Shown here piece by piece: positions 9,910-19,485 of a DNA stretch of 64,000 bases (positions within the stretch are counted from its first letter, which is position 1; the number at the start of each line of letters is the position of its first letter). Position numbers and translations under genes: made by a program. The DNA comes from Candidatus Bipolaricaulota bacterium (GTDB lineage: Bacteria; Bipolaricaulota; Bipolaricaulia; Bipolaricaulales; Bipolaricaulaceae), in NCBI GenBank assembly GCA_014361015.1, contig JACIWJ010000001.1, positions 7,765-71,764 on the forward strand, written 5' to 3'. Under the pieces are notes generated by a model that saw only the letters and a list, made by a program, of their open reading frames with translations, did no database searches and had not been told where the DNA came from.

Positions 9910-10610
9910 GGTTTGACCTCGTCACCCTCCATCCGGAGATGCTCGTCCCCGTCGCGGCCGGGGGGATCCTCCGCGGGGCCCAGGACAAGGGGCTGATCGA
10001 GATCCACCTCCACGACCTGCGGCTGTTCTCCCCCGACGAGCACGGGATCGTGGACGACCGGCCGTTCGGGGGTGGGGCGGGGATGGTGATGCGCCCCGAG
10101 CCGTTCGCGCGAGCGCTGGAGGCCATCGCGGCCGCGGCGGGCCGCCGCCCGTACGCGGTTCTCCTCTCCCCACAGGGCGTCCGGTTCACCCAACAGGTTG
10201 CCCAAGACCTTGCCCGGCAGCCCGCCCTCGCCCTCCTCTGCGGCCGCTACGAGGGGGTGGACGAGCGGGTGGTCGCGCTGTGCGACCTCGAGCTGTCGAT
10301 CGGCGACTACGTCCTCGCGGGGGGGGAGCTCGCCGCGGCGGTGGTCCTGGAGACGACGGCGCGGATGGTGCCGGGCGTGGTGGGCCGGCACGAGTCCGCG
10401 GCCACGGACTCCTTCTACTCCGGACCGAAGCTGGGGTACCCCCAGTACACCCGCCCCCGGGTGTTCCGCGGGATGGAGGTTCCGGAGGTTCTCCTCTCCG
10501 GAGACCACGAGAAGATCCGCCGCTGGCGTGAGCGCGAGGCGTGGCGGAAGACCCTCCGCAATCGGCCCGACCTCGTGGGGCTGAGCCTGCCCCCGACCCC
10601 TACCGGTTAG
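9906..10610 (+). CDS. trmD: tRNA (guanine37-N1)-methyltransferase
   Basis: MRFDLVTLHPEM start (ATGA overlap with the KH gene stop). TrmD motifs GRYEGVDERV and SIGDYVLAGGE. Confidence 0.95.
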   Translation: MRFDLVTLHPEMLVPVAAGGILRGAQDKGLIEIHLHDLRLFSPDEHGIVDDRPFGGGAGMVMRPEPFARALEAIAAAAGRRPYAVLLSPQGVRFTQQVAQDLARQPALALLCGRYEGVDERVVALCDLELSIGDYVLAGGELAAAVVLETTARMVPGVVGRHESAATDSFYSGPKLGYPQYTRPRVFRGMEVPEVLLSGDHEKIRRWREREAWRKTLRNRPDLVGLSLPPTPTG

Positions 10611-10664
10611 GACCCTGTTGGACAGCCTGCGGGGCCCTCGGCCACCGTGTCTTTCCCACGAACG

Positions 10665-11081
10665 CTAGGTTCGTGTCGCGCGGTCGAGCCATGCTTGGAG
10701 GATGAGCACGGCGGACAGCGCGTCGGACCGCTCCTTGCGGGCCCTTCGGGACAGCCCGCCCTCGACCATCGCCCGGTCGGCTTCGGATGAGGTGAGCCGC
10801 TCATCCACGTAGTGGACGGGGAGCCCCGCGTCCCGGGCGACGGCCTCCGCGAGGGCGCGCGTCTTCGCCGCTTGCTCTCCCTCGGTGCCGTCCATGTGGA
10901 GGGGGAGGCCCACCACCAGCGCCACCGCACCCGCTTCCCGTGCCATCTGAGCCAGATGGTGAACGTCCTCTCCCGGGGACCGGCGGGTGTAGACCCCGTG
11001 GGGGCTGGCGATCGTGCCCGTCTCGTCGGAGAGGGCGATCCCCACCCGCCGATCCCCGATGTCCAGCCCCAACACCCTCAT
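10665..11081 (-). CDS. ruvX: Holliday junction resolvase-like nuclease RuvX/YqgF
   Basis: MRVLGLDIGDRRVGIALSD N-terminus, 138 aa. The longer 285-aa ORF is an upstream extension without homology-like features. Confidence 0.9.
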   Translation of the reverse strand: MRVLGLDIGDRRVGIALSDETGTIASPHGVYTRRSPGEDVHHLAQMAREAGAVALVVGLPLHMDGTEGEQAAKTRALAEAVARDAGLPVHYVDERLTSSEADRAMVEGGLSRRARKERSDALSAVLILQAWLDRATRT

Positions 11082-11110
11082 CTTCCCCGATCCAACCTCC
11101 GCGTCACTCG

Positions 11111-11698
11111 TCACCCTTTGGCCAGCAGGGTGAGCGCGCGGCGGATGAGTTCCTCCACCGAGGCGTCGGGTGCCTCCCGCATCAGCTTCTCCACCGCCCG
11201 CCGGGCCTCGGCGTCGGTGAACCCGAGGACCTTCGAGGTGAGGGCCCTCACCACCACCTCCGCCTTCTCCTGGCGAGGGGACGGAGGGGAGGGGGCCCAC
11301 TGGGCGAGCTTTCCCGACAGCTCGACCATCACCCGCTGTGCGGTGCGTCGGCCGATCCCCTTCACCCCGTCGAGGACGGAGAGGTCCCCCCGCTGCACGG
11401 CGGCGGACAGTTCCGCCGGGGGCAACGCTGCCACCAACCGGAACGCGAGCTTGGGGCCGACCTGGGGGACGGAGAGGAGGGCCACGAACATCTCCCGCTC
11501 CTCGCGGGTCGCGAACCCCCACAGCTCGATCCCGTCCTCGCGGAGGACGAGGTGGGTGAACAGCTTGGCGGTGTCGCTCCCCGCGAAGTCCGCCACGGTC
11601 CGGGCGGGGACACCGATCCGCACGCCGAGCCCGCCCAACGCGACGACGAGGGACTCCTCCCCCGCCTCGATCACCGGCCCCTCGACGAACTCAAGCAT
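11111..11698 (-). CDS. ruvA: Holliday junction branch migration complex subunit RuvA
   Basis: OB-fold N-terminus, HhH motifs (LLSVPQVGPKLA, LDGVKGIGRRTAQRV), 195 aa. Confidence 0.9.
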   Translation of the reverse strand: MLEFVEGPVIEAGEESLVVALGGLGVRIGVPARTVADFAGSDTAKLFTHLVLREDGIELWGFATREEREMFVALLSVPQVGPKLAFRLVAALPPAELSAAVQRGDLSVLDGVKGIGRRTAQRVMVELSGKLAQWAPSPPSPRQEKAEVVVRALTSKVLGFTDAEARRAVEKLMREAPDASVEELIRRALTLLAKG

Positions 11699-12275
11699 CG
11701 CCGACCTCCCTCACCTCTCCCCACGGGGCGAGCGCGGTCTGGAACAGCCTGGCGTTCGCTGCGGGGAGGACGAGCTCCACCTCCGCCCGGTCGTTGACCC
11801 GTTGGGCAACGACGCGTGCTTCGTTGCGGCGCGCCGCGGCGAGGAGGGCCCCAAGGTGGGCGAGGTCCGTGGCCGCGACGATCCGCGCCTCGGGGACGAG
11901 GGGGCGGCCTCCCGCGGCGGTGAGGGCCTCCCGGGCCGCATCGCGGTATGCCCGGGCGAGGCCCCCCACCCCGAGCTTGACCCCGCCGAAGTAGCGGACC
12001 ACGGCGACGAGGACGTCCCCCAGGTCCTCGCCCTCGAGCAGGCTCAGGATCGGCTTGCCCGCCGAGCCGGACGGCTCCCCGTCGTCGCTCGCCCGGCCCT
12101 CGCCGGAACGGAGGCGGTACGCGTAGGGGATGTGGCGCGCGGCGTGGTGCTCTCTGCGGAGGCGATCGAGCGCGCCTTCCGCCTCCGCGGGCGTGGTCAC
12201 CGGAACGGCGTAGGCGAGGAACCGCGACCGCTCGCGGACGAGCTTCACCACGGCCGGTCGGAGGATCGCCTTCAT
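11691..12275 (-). CDS. yigZ: YigZ / IMPACT family protein
   Basis: UPF0029 core ASDDGEPSGSAGKPIL and VVVRYFGGVKLGVGGLARAY. The start at MKAILRP overlaps the upstream stop (ATGA). Confidence 0.8.
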   Translation of the reverse strand: MKAILRPAVVKLVRERSRFLAYAVPVTTPAEAEGALDRLRREHHAARHIPYAYRLRSGEGRASDDGEPSGSAGKPILSLLEGEDLGDVLVAVVRYFGGVKLGVGGLARAYRDAAREALTAAGGRPLVPEARIVAATDLAHLGALLAAARRNEARVVAQRVNDRAEVELVLPAANARLFQTALAPWGEVREVGDA

Positions 12276-13048
12276 CCCACCTCGGGCGGGGGCTCGGTCT
12301 GGGCGAGGGCGGAGAGCTCGCCAAAGGCTCGACGCACGGGCGCCTCGTCGCCCACCAGGAAGAGGGTCACCGCGCCAGCACCCGGCCCCACGCCCCCGGT
12401 GGCAAGGTGCTCGGCCCGCACGCCGTACAGGAGCGCGATCGCCTCGGCCTCGGTCACCACCGTGCCCGTGAGCGGGAAGAGCCCGATCGGGAACCCGGTC
12501 GCGTCGTCCACCCTGCCGATCCCCACCTCCTGGGCGAGGTCGGCCACGAACCCGTGGATCGACTTTGCAGCCGAGATCGGGATCACGACCTCCACCCCCC
12601 GGGCGAGGGCGGGGACCGCGAACTTTCCCACCGTGCCCCCGAGCGGGGAGGCCATGAACACCCCGCACACCCCCGCGGGGTCGAGGACGTTCGCCCCCTT
12701 GATCACGACGTCGCCGGCCTTCAGTTCGGTCACGACCTCGTCGAGGGACCGCTCCACGGGCCTCCCCTTCTCGAGAACGAGGGGGTTCGCCTGCCGCTCC
12801 GGGGGGACCCAGGTCAGGGTCTCCCCGATGTACCCCGCGCAGAACCGCTCCCGGTCGATCGCCTTCCCGAGGAGCTCCTCGGCCACGTAGGCGTTCGTCG
12901 TCCCAAGGGCCACGACGACGAGGCCCTCCCCGAGGGCGCGCTGCACGGAGGGGAGGCGCGCCACGCCGCGGGCGATGAGCCGGCGCGCCGCGCCCGGCGG
13001 GAGGACCACGATCGCCCGTCGTTCGGTTGCGTTCCGGTCCTTGGGCAT
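12272..13048 (-). CDS. conserved hypothetical protein (family not recognised)
   Basis: 258-aa ORF with coding-like composition, translationally coupled to yigZ. No motif I can name. Confidence 0.55.
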   Translation of the reverse strand: MPKDRNATERRAIVVLPPGAARRLIARGVARLPSVQRALGEGLVVVALGTTNAYVAEELLGKAIDRERFCAGYIGETLTWVPPERQANPLVLEKGRPVERSLDEVVTELKAGDVVIKGANVLDPAGVCGVFMASPLGGTVGKFAVPALARGVEVVIPISAAKSIHGFVADLAQEVGIGRVDDATGFPIGLFPLTGTVVTEAEAIALLYGVRAEHLATGGVGPGAGAVTLFLVGDEAPVRRAFGELSALAQTEPPPEVG

Positions 13049-13094
13049 GCTATAACACTAGCCAACGAGGCCGACCACGGCAAAGGAGTGATGG

Positions 13095-14711
13095 ATGGTC
13101 TTCACACGCGAAGAGTACGAACGGGAGAAGCGGGAGTTCCGGTGGGAGATCCCCGTCGGGTACACGATCGCAGGGGCGGTGGACGGCCACGCCCGCGCGC
13201 ATCCGGACAAGGCGTGCGTCCTGTGGGAGTCGGAGAAGGGCGAGAAGCGGACGATGACCTGGGGGGAACTCTCCGACCTCTCCAGCCGGTTCGCCGCGGT
13301 GCTGATGGCCCTCGGGGTGAGGAAGGGCGACCCGGTGATGCACATCTTCCCGCGGATCCCCGAGGCGTTCGTGGCCCAGATCGGCACGTTCAAGGCAGGT
13401 GGGGTGGCCGTGCCGGGGACGGACATGCTGCGGGCGAGGGACATCATCTACCGCGCCGAGACGGCCGGGGCGCGCACGGTGATCGCCCACGTCTCGACGA
13501 TCGGCGAGGTCGAAGAAGCGCGCGGGAAGTGCCCGCTCGAACAGTTCATCCTCATCGGGGGCGAGAAGCCGGGGTGGACCTCGTTCGAGAAGGCGCTGAA
13601 GAGCGCCCGACCCGCGGCGCCGCTCCCGCTCACTGCGCAAGACCCGCTCACGATCAACTTCACTTCGGGAACCACCGGGAACCCCAAGCCCGTGATGCAC
13701 CGTCATCGGTGGATGTACGGGCACGCCCGGATCACCGCCCGCTACTTCTGGGGCGCGGAGCCCGACGATGTGATCTGGGCCACGACCGCCCCCGGGTGGG
13801 CGAAGTGGTACTGGGCGCCGATGGGGGTGGGACTCACCACCGGCTGCACCCAGCTCATGTACCACGGCCGGTTCGATGCCGAGCGGTACCTCGATCTCCT
13901 CGCCCGCTACCCCGTCACGAAGCTCTGCGCCACCCCGACCGAGTACCGGCTCCTGATCCAGGTCCCCGACCTCGCGAAGCGAAAGGTCGCCCTGCGCGAC
14001 GCCGTCTCCGCCGGGGAACCCCTCAACGCCGAGGCGATCGAGGTCTTCCGCAAGGCGTTCGGGATCACGATCCGCGACGGCTACGGCCAGACGGAGTCCG
14101 TGTGCCTGGCCTGCAACCCGCCGGGGCTTCCGGTGAAGCCGGGTTCAATGGGCCTCCCCACCCCGGGCCCCAACGCGACCCCCATCGATGAGCACGGGGT
14201 CCCCGTGAAGCCAGGCGAGATCGGGGAGATCGCCATCGAGGTGGGGAACCCGGGGATCTTCGACGGCTACTGGAAGGACCCCCAGCTCACCGCACAGGTC
14301 CTGTCCGGCAAGTGGTACCGAACCGGGGACCTCGTGCGGGTGGACGAGGACGGGTACTTCTTCTTCGAGGGCCGGGCCGACGACGTGATCAAGGCCTCCG
14401 GGTACCGAATCGGGCCGTTCGAGGTCGAGGACGCCCTCGTTTCGCATCCGGCGGTGGTCGAGGCGGCGGTGATCGGGGCGAACCACCCCGTACGGGGCCA
14501 GATCGTGAAGGCGTTCGTCGTCCTCGCCAAGGGGCACCAGCCGTCCGAGGCGCTCGTGGCCGAGCTCCAGGACCACGTGAAGAAGGTGACCGCGCCCTAC
14601 AAGTACCCGCGGGAGATCGAGTTCGTCTCCGAGCTCCCCAAGACCTCGAGCGGCAAGATCAAGCGGGCCGAGCTCCGCCGGTGGGAGATGGAGAAGAAGG
14701 GAGGCGCCTGA
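13095..14711 (+). CDS. AMP-forming acyl-CoA synthetase (ANL superfamily)
   Basis: AMP-binding motifs FTSGTTGNPKPV, YGQTE, YRTGD and PKTSSGKIKR. AAAGGAG RBS upstream. Confidence 0.9.
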   Translation: MVFTREEYEREKREFRWEIPVGYTIAGAVDGHARAHPDKACVLWESEKGEKRTMTWGELSDLSSRFAAVLMALGVRKGDPVMHIFPRIPEAFVAQIGTFKAGGVAVPGTDMLRARDIIYRAETAGARTVIAHVSTIGEVEEARGKCPLEQFILIGGEKPGWTSFEKALKSARPAAPLPLTAQDPLTINFTSGTTGNPKPVMHRHRWMYGHARITARYFWGAEPDDVIWATTAPGWAKWYWAPMGVGLTTGCTQLMYHGRFDAERYLDLLARYPVTKLCATPTEYRLLIQVPDLAKRKVALRDAVSAGEPLNAEAIEVFRKAFGITIRDGYGQTESVCLACNPPGLPVKPGSMGLPTPGPNATPIDEHGVPVKPGEIGEIAIEVGNPGIFDGYWKDPQLTAQVLSGKWYRTGDLVRVDEDGYFFFEGRADDVIKASGYRIGPFEVEDALVSHPAVVEAAVIGANHPVRGQIVKAFVVLAKGHQPSEALVAELQDHVKKVTAPYKYPREIEFVSELPKTSSGKIKRAELRRWEMEKKGGA

Positions 14712-15379
14712 TGCGAACGTTGGCGCTGGGGATAGCGATCGGCCTCGGCGTGTGGGCAGGGTTCCTCGACGTGACCGGGACGAAGGACCGCCTCGTGGAG
14801 GTGGCGACGGACCTCGGCGCGCCCCCGGCGGCCCTGGCCGAGCTCGAAGCGGCGTTGGCGAACGTCCCGGACGCGGTCCCGTTCCCCCTCCTGGGAGGAC
14901 TGGTTGCCCTTCCCCTCCCGATCGGGACGCTCGCGGTCGAGGGGGCGCTCCTCACCGACGGCGCCCTCGTGGCGATGGGGTTGTGGCCAAGCGGGGGGGT
15001 CGACCTCGTCGATCCCCCGCTGGCAGTGGACCTCGCCCTGACGGCGTACCGCGTCGGCCTGTCGTGGAAGGTCGGGTTGGACCTCGGGTTCGTCGCCGCG
15101 GGGGTAGGGGTTGGGGGCGCCGTGTTCGGAGGCAGCATTCTCCCAGCGGTGACGACCACCCATCCCGACCTCGGTCCGATCCTCGCCGCGATCCCGTGGG
15201 ATGGGATCACCTGGTCCGCCGGCGGAGCGTCGCTCACCGCGACGGTGGAGCTCGGGCTTCCCTTCCTGCGCCTGTTCGTGCAGGGAGGGGTGTTCCTTCC
15301 GGTGGCCCAGGCACCGGGGGGATGGGCGATCCGCGTGGGCGGCTATTCCGCGGCCGCCGGGGTGGTAATCCGGTTCTGA
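14711..15379 (+). CDS. hypothetical Gly/Ala/Val-rich exported protein, OMP-like C-terminus
   Basis: ATG shares one base with the upstream TGA (TGATG). N-terminal hydrophobic segment MRTLALGIAIGLGVWAG. Ends in ...AAGVVIRF, a beta-signal-like terminal Phe. Confidence 0.5.
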   Translation: MRTLALGIAIGLGVWAGFLDVTGTKDRLVEVATDLGAPPAALAELEAALANVPDAVPFPLLGGLVALPLPIGTLAVEGALLTDGALVAMGLWPSGGVDLVDPPLAVDLALTAYRVGLSWKVGLDLGFVAAGVGVGGAVFGGSILPAVTTTHPDLGPILAAIPWDGITWSAGGASLTATVELGLPFLRLFVQGGVFLPVAQAPGGWAIRVGGYSAAAGVVIRF

Positions 15380-15774
15380 TGGACGAGTCCAGGCTCGTCG
15401 CGGCAGCGGTGGACGCGCGGAGGAACGCGTACGCGCCGTACTCTGGGTTCCCCGTCGGGGCGGCCCTCCTCTCCAAGGGCGGGCGCCTGTTCACGGGGTG
15501 CAACGTGGAGAACGCAAGCTACGGCCTGACCGTGTGCGCGGAGCGGGTGGCCCTGTTCAAGGCGGTGTCCGAGGGCGTGCGGGAGTTCGAGGCAATCGCC
15601 GTTGCCTGCGGCGATGCCCCCTGTTCCCCCTGCGGGGCCTGCCGTCAGGCGCTGAACGAGTTCGCGCCGAACCTGAAGGTGATCCTCGCCGATGGGGAGG
15701 GGAGGAGGTGGGAGGTTGTGCCCCTGTCCGACCTCCTCCCCAGGGGGTTCGGGCCCGCGGACGTGCCGCGCTGA
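15379..15774 (+). CDS. cdd: cytidine deaminase
   Basis: Zinc motifs CAERVA and PCGACRQ, 131 aa. TGATG overlap with the upstream ORF. Confidence 0.9.
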   Translation: MDESRLVAAAVDARRNAYAPYSGFPVGAALLSKGGRLFTGCNVENASYGLTVCAERVALFKAVSEGVREFEAIAVACGDAPCSPCGACRQALNEFAPNLKVILADGEGRRWEVVPLSDLLPRGFGPADVPR

Positions 15775-15805
15775 TCGCACCCACCCCGCGGGTCCGCCTG
15801 TCGTT

Positions 15806-18025
15806 CTACCTTGTGAACCGCGCAAGCTCGTCAGGGGTGAGCTCGGTCGCTCCCTCGTCGCCGATCCGCACCCAGGCCAAGCCGAGCTTGAAGATGACCC
15901 TCTCGCCGAGGGCCAGGATCGGCCCGATCTCCGGGAACTCGCTGATCAACGCGAAGTAGGCGTCGCTCAGGTAGACGATGTCGACCGTTGGGGTGTCCGT
16001 CGCGTAGGTGCTCTCCCGCCACACGCCCTCCACGAACAGGAACACCCGGCCCGCAGCCTCGCGGACGTAGTCGGCCTGCTGCACGGTCTCTGCCTCGGTG
16101 AGGGCCTGCGTGGCCTGGGCTGTCCCAACCGCGGTTGGTCCGGTCGGGATCATCATCGCGGACGGGTTCGCGTAGTAGGCCGCCGCCCGCTCCTCCTCGC
16201 GCACGAGGAACGAGGTGTACGGCGTGGCGATCCCGTACTTCGTGGCCAGCGCGATGATCTCGTTCTTGACCTCCTCGGTCTCTCCCTCGAACCGGATGAC
16301 GTTGAGAAGGTGCCCGATCTTCCGCGCGGCCCATAGCCGGGGGAGGAACTCGGCGCCCGACTCCTCCGCGGGGAACTCGACCTCGAACGCGAACTCCACC
16401 TCGTCCGCCCCCCGCCGACCGGTGAGGGTTACCACGGCCGGACCCGAACCCGCGTACCGTCCGAAGAGGACGATCTGCGAGCCGTAGAACAGGTCCGGAA
16501 GCCTGACCGGGAACGTCTCGCTCACGGTCACCCCGCTCACGGCGAGGCTCATGTGGGACAGGGCAGGCTCGGCGATCTTCGTGTACAAGCTCGACAGGGC
16601 AGCCTCGAGGTTCTCGTCCGGCTTGACGTAGGTCGTCGCCCCTTGGTTGTTCTCGGCCAGGAGGTCGAGGAGGTGGGCGTTCACGTCGTACCCCACCCCG
16701 AACGTGAACAGACGGGCCTGGGCCTTGTTGGCCGCGGTCACCTCGCGGACGATCCGGTCGGTGTCCGTGACACCGGAGGTTGCCTCTCCGTCGGTGAGGA
16801 ACAGGACGTACTGCGGCCGGTCGGCAGGGGTCAGCCATCCCATCGCCCGGAGGAGGGACTCGTGGATGTTCGTCCCGCCCGACGCCACCAGGGCTGCGAT
16901 TTCCCGGAGCGCGTTCGCCACGTTCTCCCCCGTCGCCGGGACGAGGCCGGGCGTGAGATCGGAGACCGAGCTGTCGAACGCGATCACGCCGAACCGGTCC
17001 TCGGGCCCGAGGTGGCGCACGATGAACGCCGCTGCCTCCCTGGCCTGGACCATCTTCTCCCCGCCGTCCCACCCCATGGACCCGGATCGGTCGATGACGA
17101 GGACGAGGTCCTTGGGAAGCGGCGCCTCGTCCCGCACCGCAGGCGGGGAAAGAAGGAGGAGGAACCACCCGTCCTCGCCCGGGGGCCGGTGGGTGAGGAG
17201 GCTCGCCCCCACCCCCTCTCCGGTGAGGGCGTAGTAGAGGAGGAAGTCACGGTCCGGAAGTACGTTCTTCTCGGCGTAGAGGGCCTGGGCAGTGGTCGGG
17301 GCCTCCCGGGTCACGGTCACGGTGTGGGTGGGGGAGTACACGCTCCCCACGGGCCGGCTGTCCTCGACCACCACCGTGACGGACACCTCCTCGAGGGGTC
17401 GCGCCGAGAACCGCTCCGGCGCCAGCGGGTACCGGTATCCGAACACGCCCCCTTCCGGGGAGAGGAGCTCCACGTATTCGAGGGCGATCCGCCGCGTCTC
17501 CCCAGGGTCAATCGGGGACACCCGCGCCCGGAACGCCCCCTCCCCGATGTACTCGAGCAGCGCCGGGTCTCGGTTCTGCCGGAGGTAGGAGAGGTAGATG
17601 TCCCGCGCCTCGTCGGCGGGGAGGAGTTCGCCCGTCACCGGCTCCCCATCGACCCACAGGGCGAACCCGTGGATCACGGCCCCCGGCGGGAGGGGGAACA
17701 CGTACGTCCCCTCGATCGGGAACCGGGTTTCGTTGCGGAACGCCTGGTCCACCTTCGTCGTCGCCACCCCGTCCCGGATCGTCACCGTCACGTGGTGGTA
17801 GACGATCGTGAGCCAGCGGAGGGGAGCACTGGGAGTCTCCGGCCGCGGGATGGGGATGATGATCCCGTCCGCCAGCCCGGGGAGAACCAGGAGAACCAAC
17901 GACAGGAACAAGACGCACAACGGCACACCTTTCCGCACGGTGACCACCCCCTGACACGGACATTTACACACTGGTAACCAGGTTGGTTTCACGGCCCCCT
18001 CTCTCCCGGATAGGATCAGGGTCAT
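15806..18025 (-). CDS. exported VIT-domain plus von Willebrand factor A domain protein
   Basis: Signal-like LCVLFLSLVLLVLPGLADG, a VIT-like segment (VTVTIRDGVATTKVDQAFRNE...) and a vWA MIDAS motif VIDRSGSM. The start is uncertain: the 18025 ATG or an internal GTG near 17950. The 826-aa ORF extension overlaps the MBL gene. Confidence 0.8.
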   Translation of the reverse strand: MTLILSGREGAVKPTWLPVCKCPCQGVVTVRKGVPLCVLFLSLVLLVLPGLADGIIIPIPRPETPSAPLRWLTIVYHHVTVTIRDGVATTKVDQAFRNETRFPIEGTYVFPLPPGAVIHGFALWVDGEPVTGELLPADEARDIYLSYLRQNRDPALLEYIGEGAFRARVSPIDPGETRRIALEYVELLSPEGGVFGYRYPLAPERFSARPLEEVSVTVVVEDSRPVGSVYSPTHTVTVTREAPTTAQALYAEKNVLPDRDFLLYYALTGEGVGASLLTHRPPGEDGWFLLLLSPPAVRDEAPLPKDLVLVIDRSGSMGWDGGEKMVQAREAAAFIVRHLGPEDRFGVIAFDSSVSDLTPGLVPATGENVANALREIAALVASGGTNIHESLLRAMGWLTPADRPQYVLFLTDGEATSGVTDTDRIVREVTAANKAQARLFTFGVGYDVNAHLLDLLAENNQGATTYVKPDENLEAALSSLYTKIAEPALSHMSLAVSGVTVSETFPVRLPDLFYGSQIVLFGRYAGSGPAVVTLTGRRGADEVEFAFEVEFPAEESGAEFLPRLWAARKIGHLLNVIRFEGETEEVKNEIIALATKYGIATPYTSFLVREEERAAAYYANPSAMMIPTGPTAVGTAQATQALTEAETVQQADYVREAAGRVFLFVEGVWRESTYATDTPTVDIVYLSDAYFALISEFPEIGPILALGERVIFKLGLAWVRIGDEGATELTPDELARFTR

Positions 18026-18833
18026 GGGGTACGTGAAGTTCCTCGGCACGGCCGGGGCACGGTTCGTGGTGGCCCGGCAGCTCCGGTTCTCGGCCGGGAC
18101 GTGGATCGAGCTCGGGGGGACCCGTCTCCTCCTCGACCCCGGCCCGGGGACCCTCCTCCGGCTGCGCAAGAGCCGGCCGCCCCTCGATCCGACGAAGCTC
18201 GACGCGATCCTCCTCTCCCACAAGCACCTCGACCACTCGACGGACGTGAACATCGTGGTCGAGGCGATGGCCGACGGGGGGTACAAGCGGCGGGGGACGC
18301 TCCTCGCTCCCTCCGATGCCCTGGAGGGGGACGACCCGGTGGTCCTTCGCTACGTCCGCCCGTTCCTGGAACGGATTGAGACCTGGCGACCCGGGGACGA
18401 GCACGGGGTCGATCGCGTGCGAATCCGCCCCGTGCCCCACCTCCATGGAGCGGTGGAGACGTACGGCCTTGTCCTGGACTCTGCCGAGGGGCGGCTTGGT
18501 TTCGTCACCGACTGCCGATTCACCGCCGACCTCGCCGGCAACTACGCGGGTTGTCAGCTCCTCGTCCTCAACGTGGTGATGAAGGATTGGAAACCGGATA
18601 TCGATCATCTGTCCCTTCCTCAGGCGGGGGAGGTCATCGCTGCGGTGCGGCCGAACCTGGCGGTCCTTACCCACTTCGGGACGACGATGCTCCGCGGCAA
18701 TCCCCGCAAACTCGCCCAGGGGCTTTCCGAGAAGGTGGGGGTCGAGGTCATCGCTGCCGCCGATGGGCTCACCGTGTCTGGCGAGGCGTGGTCCGACCGG
18801 GCTCGCCCGCGGGCGGGCGAGGCTCCACAATAG
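18024..18833 (+). CDS. MBL-fold metallo-hydrolase
   Basis: HKHLDHSTD (HxHxDH) motif, 269 aa. Confidence 0.85.
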   Translation: MGYVKFLGTAGARFVVARQLRFSAGTWIELGGTRLLLDPGPGTLLRLRKSRPPLDPTKLDAILLSHKHLDHSTDVNIVVEAMADGGYKRRGTLLAPSDALEGDDPVVLRYVRPFLERIETWRPGDEHGVDRVRIRPVPHLHGAVETYGLVLDSAEGRLGFVTDCRFTADLAGNYAGCQLLVLNVVMKDWKPDIDHLSLPQAGEVIAAVRPNLAVLTHFGTTMLRGNPRKLAQGLSEKVGVEVIAAADGLTVSGEAWSDRARPRAGEAPQ

Positions 18834-18849
18834 GGCCAAGGAGGGGCAC

Positions 18850-19485
18850 ATGAGGCGGAATGGTCTTCGATGTGGCGTGGTGGTGTTGCTGGCGTCCCTG
18901 GCCGGGTGTACCCCCCCGCCGGGAGGGGAGGCCCCGGGGCCCGTGGTGACCTACAGCCCCGTGCAAGGAGAGGCACCGCTCGAGGTGAGGTTTGATGCCA
19001 CGCTCTCGAGCGTCCCCGGGGGCACGGTCGTCGAGTACCGGTGGGACTTCGGCGATGGGGCGATGGCCTCAGGCCCGGTTGCCTGGCACTGGTTTCGGGA
19101 GGAGAAGACCCACCTCGTTACCTTGACCGTGACGTCGGACAAGGGGCGGATGGGGAGAGCCCAGGTTCCGGTGATCGTCGGCACGTCCTACCCCCTGGAC
19201 GTGCTCGAGTGGCGGGTCGAGGAAGTGTACTTCGGGACGAAGGTCACCGGCCGGGTGCGCAACATCGGCGATCGGACGATCAACGAGGGCCGCGTGGCAG
19301 TCCGGTTCTACGACAAGGATTGGAACCTCATTCGCGAGCGGTCCAAGGTTCTGGGCGACCTCGCCCCGGGGCAAGAACAGATCTTCGAGATCACGACTGA
19401 TCTCCGACCGGTGGAGATCGGCGGTGCACCCAACCACTCGATCTACACCGAGGTCATCCACAGCGATCATCCCCTGTCACCTTAG
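18850..19485 (+). CDS. lipoprotein with PKD domain and FxLYD-like C-terminal domain
   Basis: Lipobox LASLAGC. PKD signature VEYRWDFGDG. C-terminal RVAVRFYDKDWNLI. Confidence 0.75.
   Translation: MRRNGLRCGVVVLLASLAGCTPPPGGEAPGPVVTYSPVQGEAPLEVRFDATLSSVPGGTVVEYRWDFGDGAMASGPVAWHWFREEKTHLVTLTVTSDKGRMGRAQVPVIVGTSYPLDVLEWRVEEVYFGTKVTGRVRNIGDRTINEGRVAVRFYDKDWNLIRERSKVLGDLAPGQEQIFEITTDLRPVEIGGAPNHSIYTEVIHSDHPLSP

Noticed and set aside
18023-18026. Divergent start codons sharing CATG (VIT-vWA gene on the minus strand and MBL gene on the plus strand) as a possible regulatory overlap.
   Set aside because: The VIT-vWA start is ambiguous. A downstream GTG just before the signal peptide is at least as likely, so the overlap may not exist.
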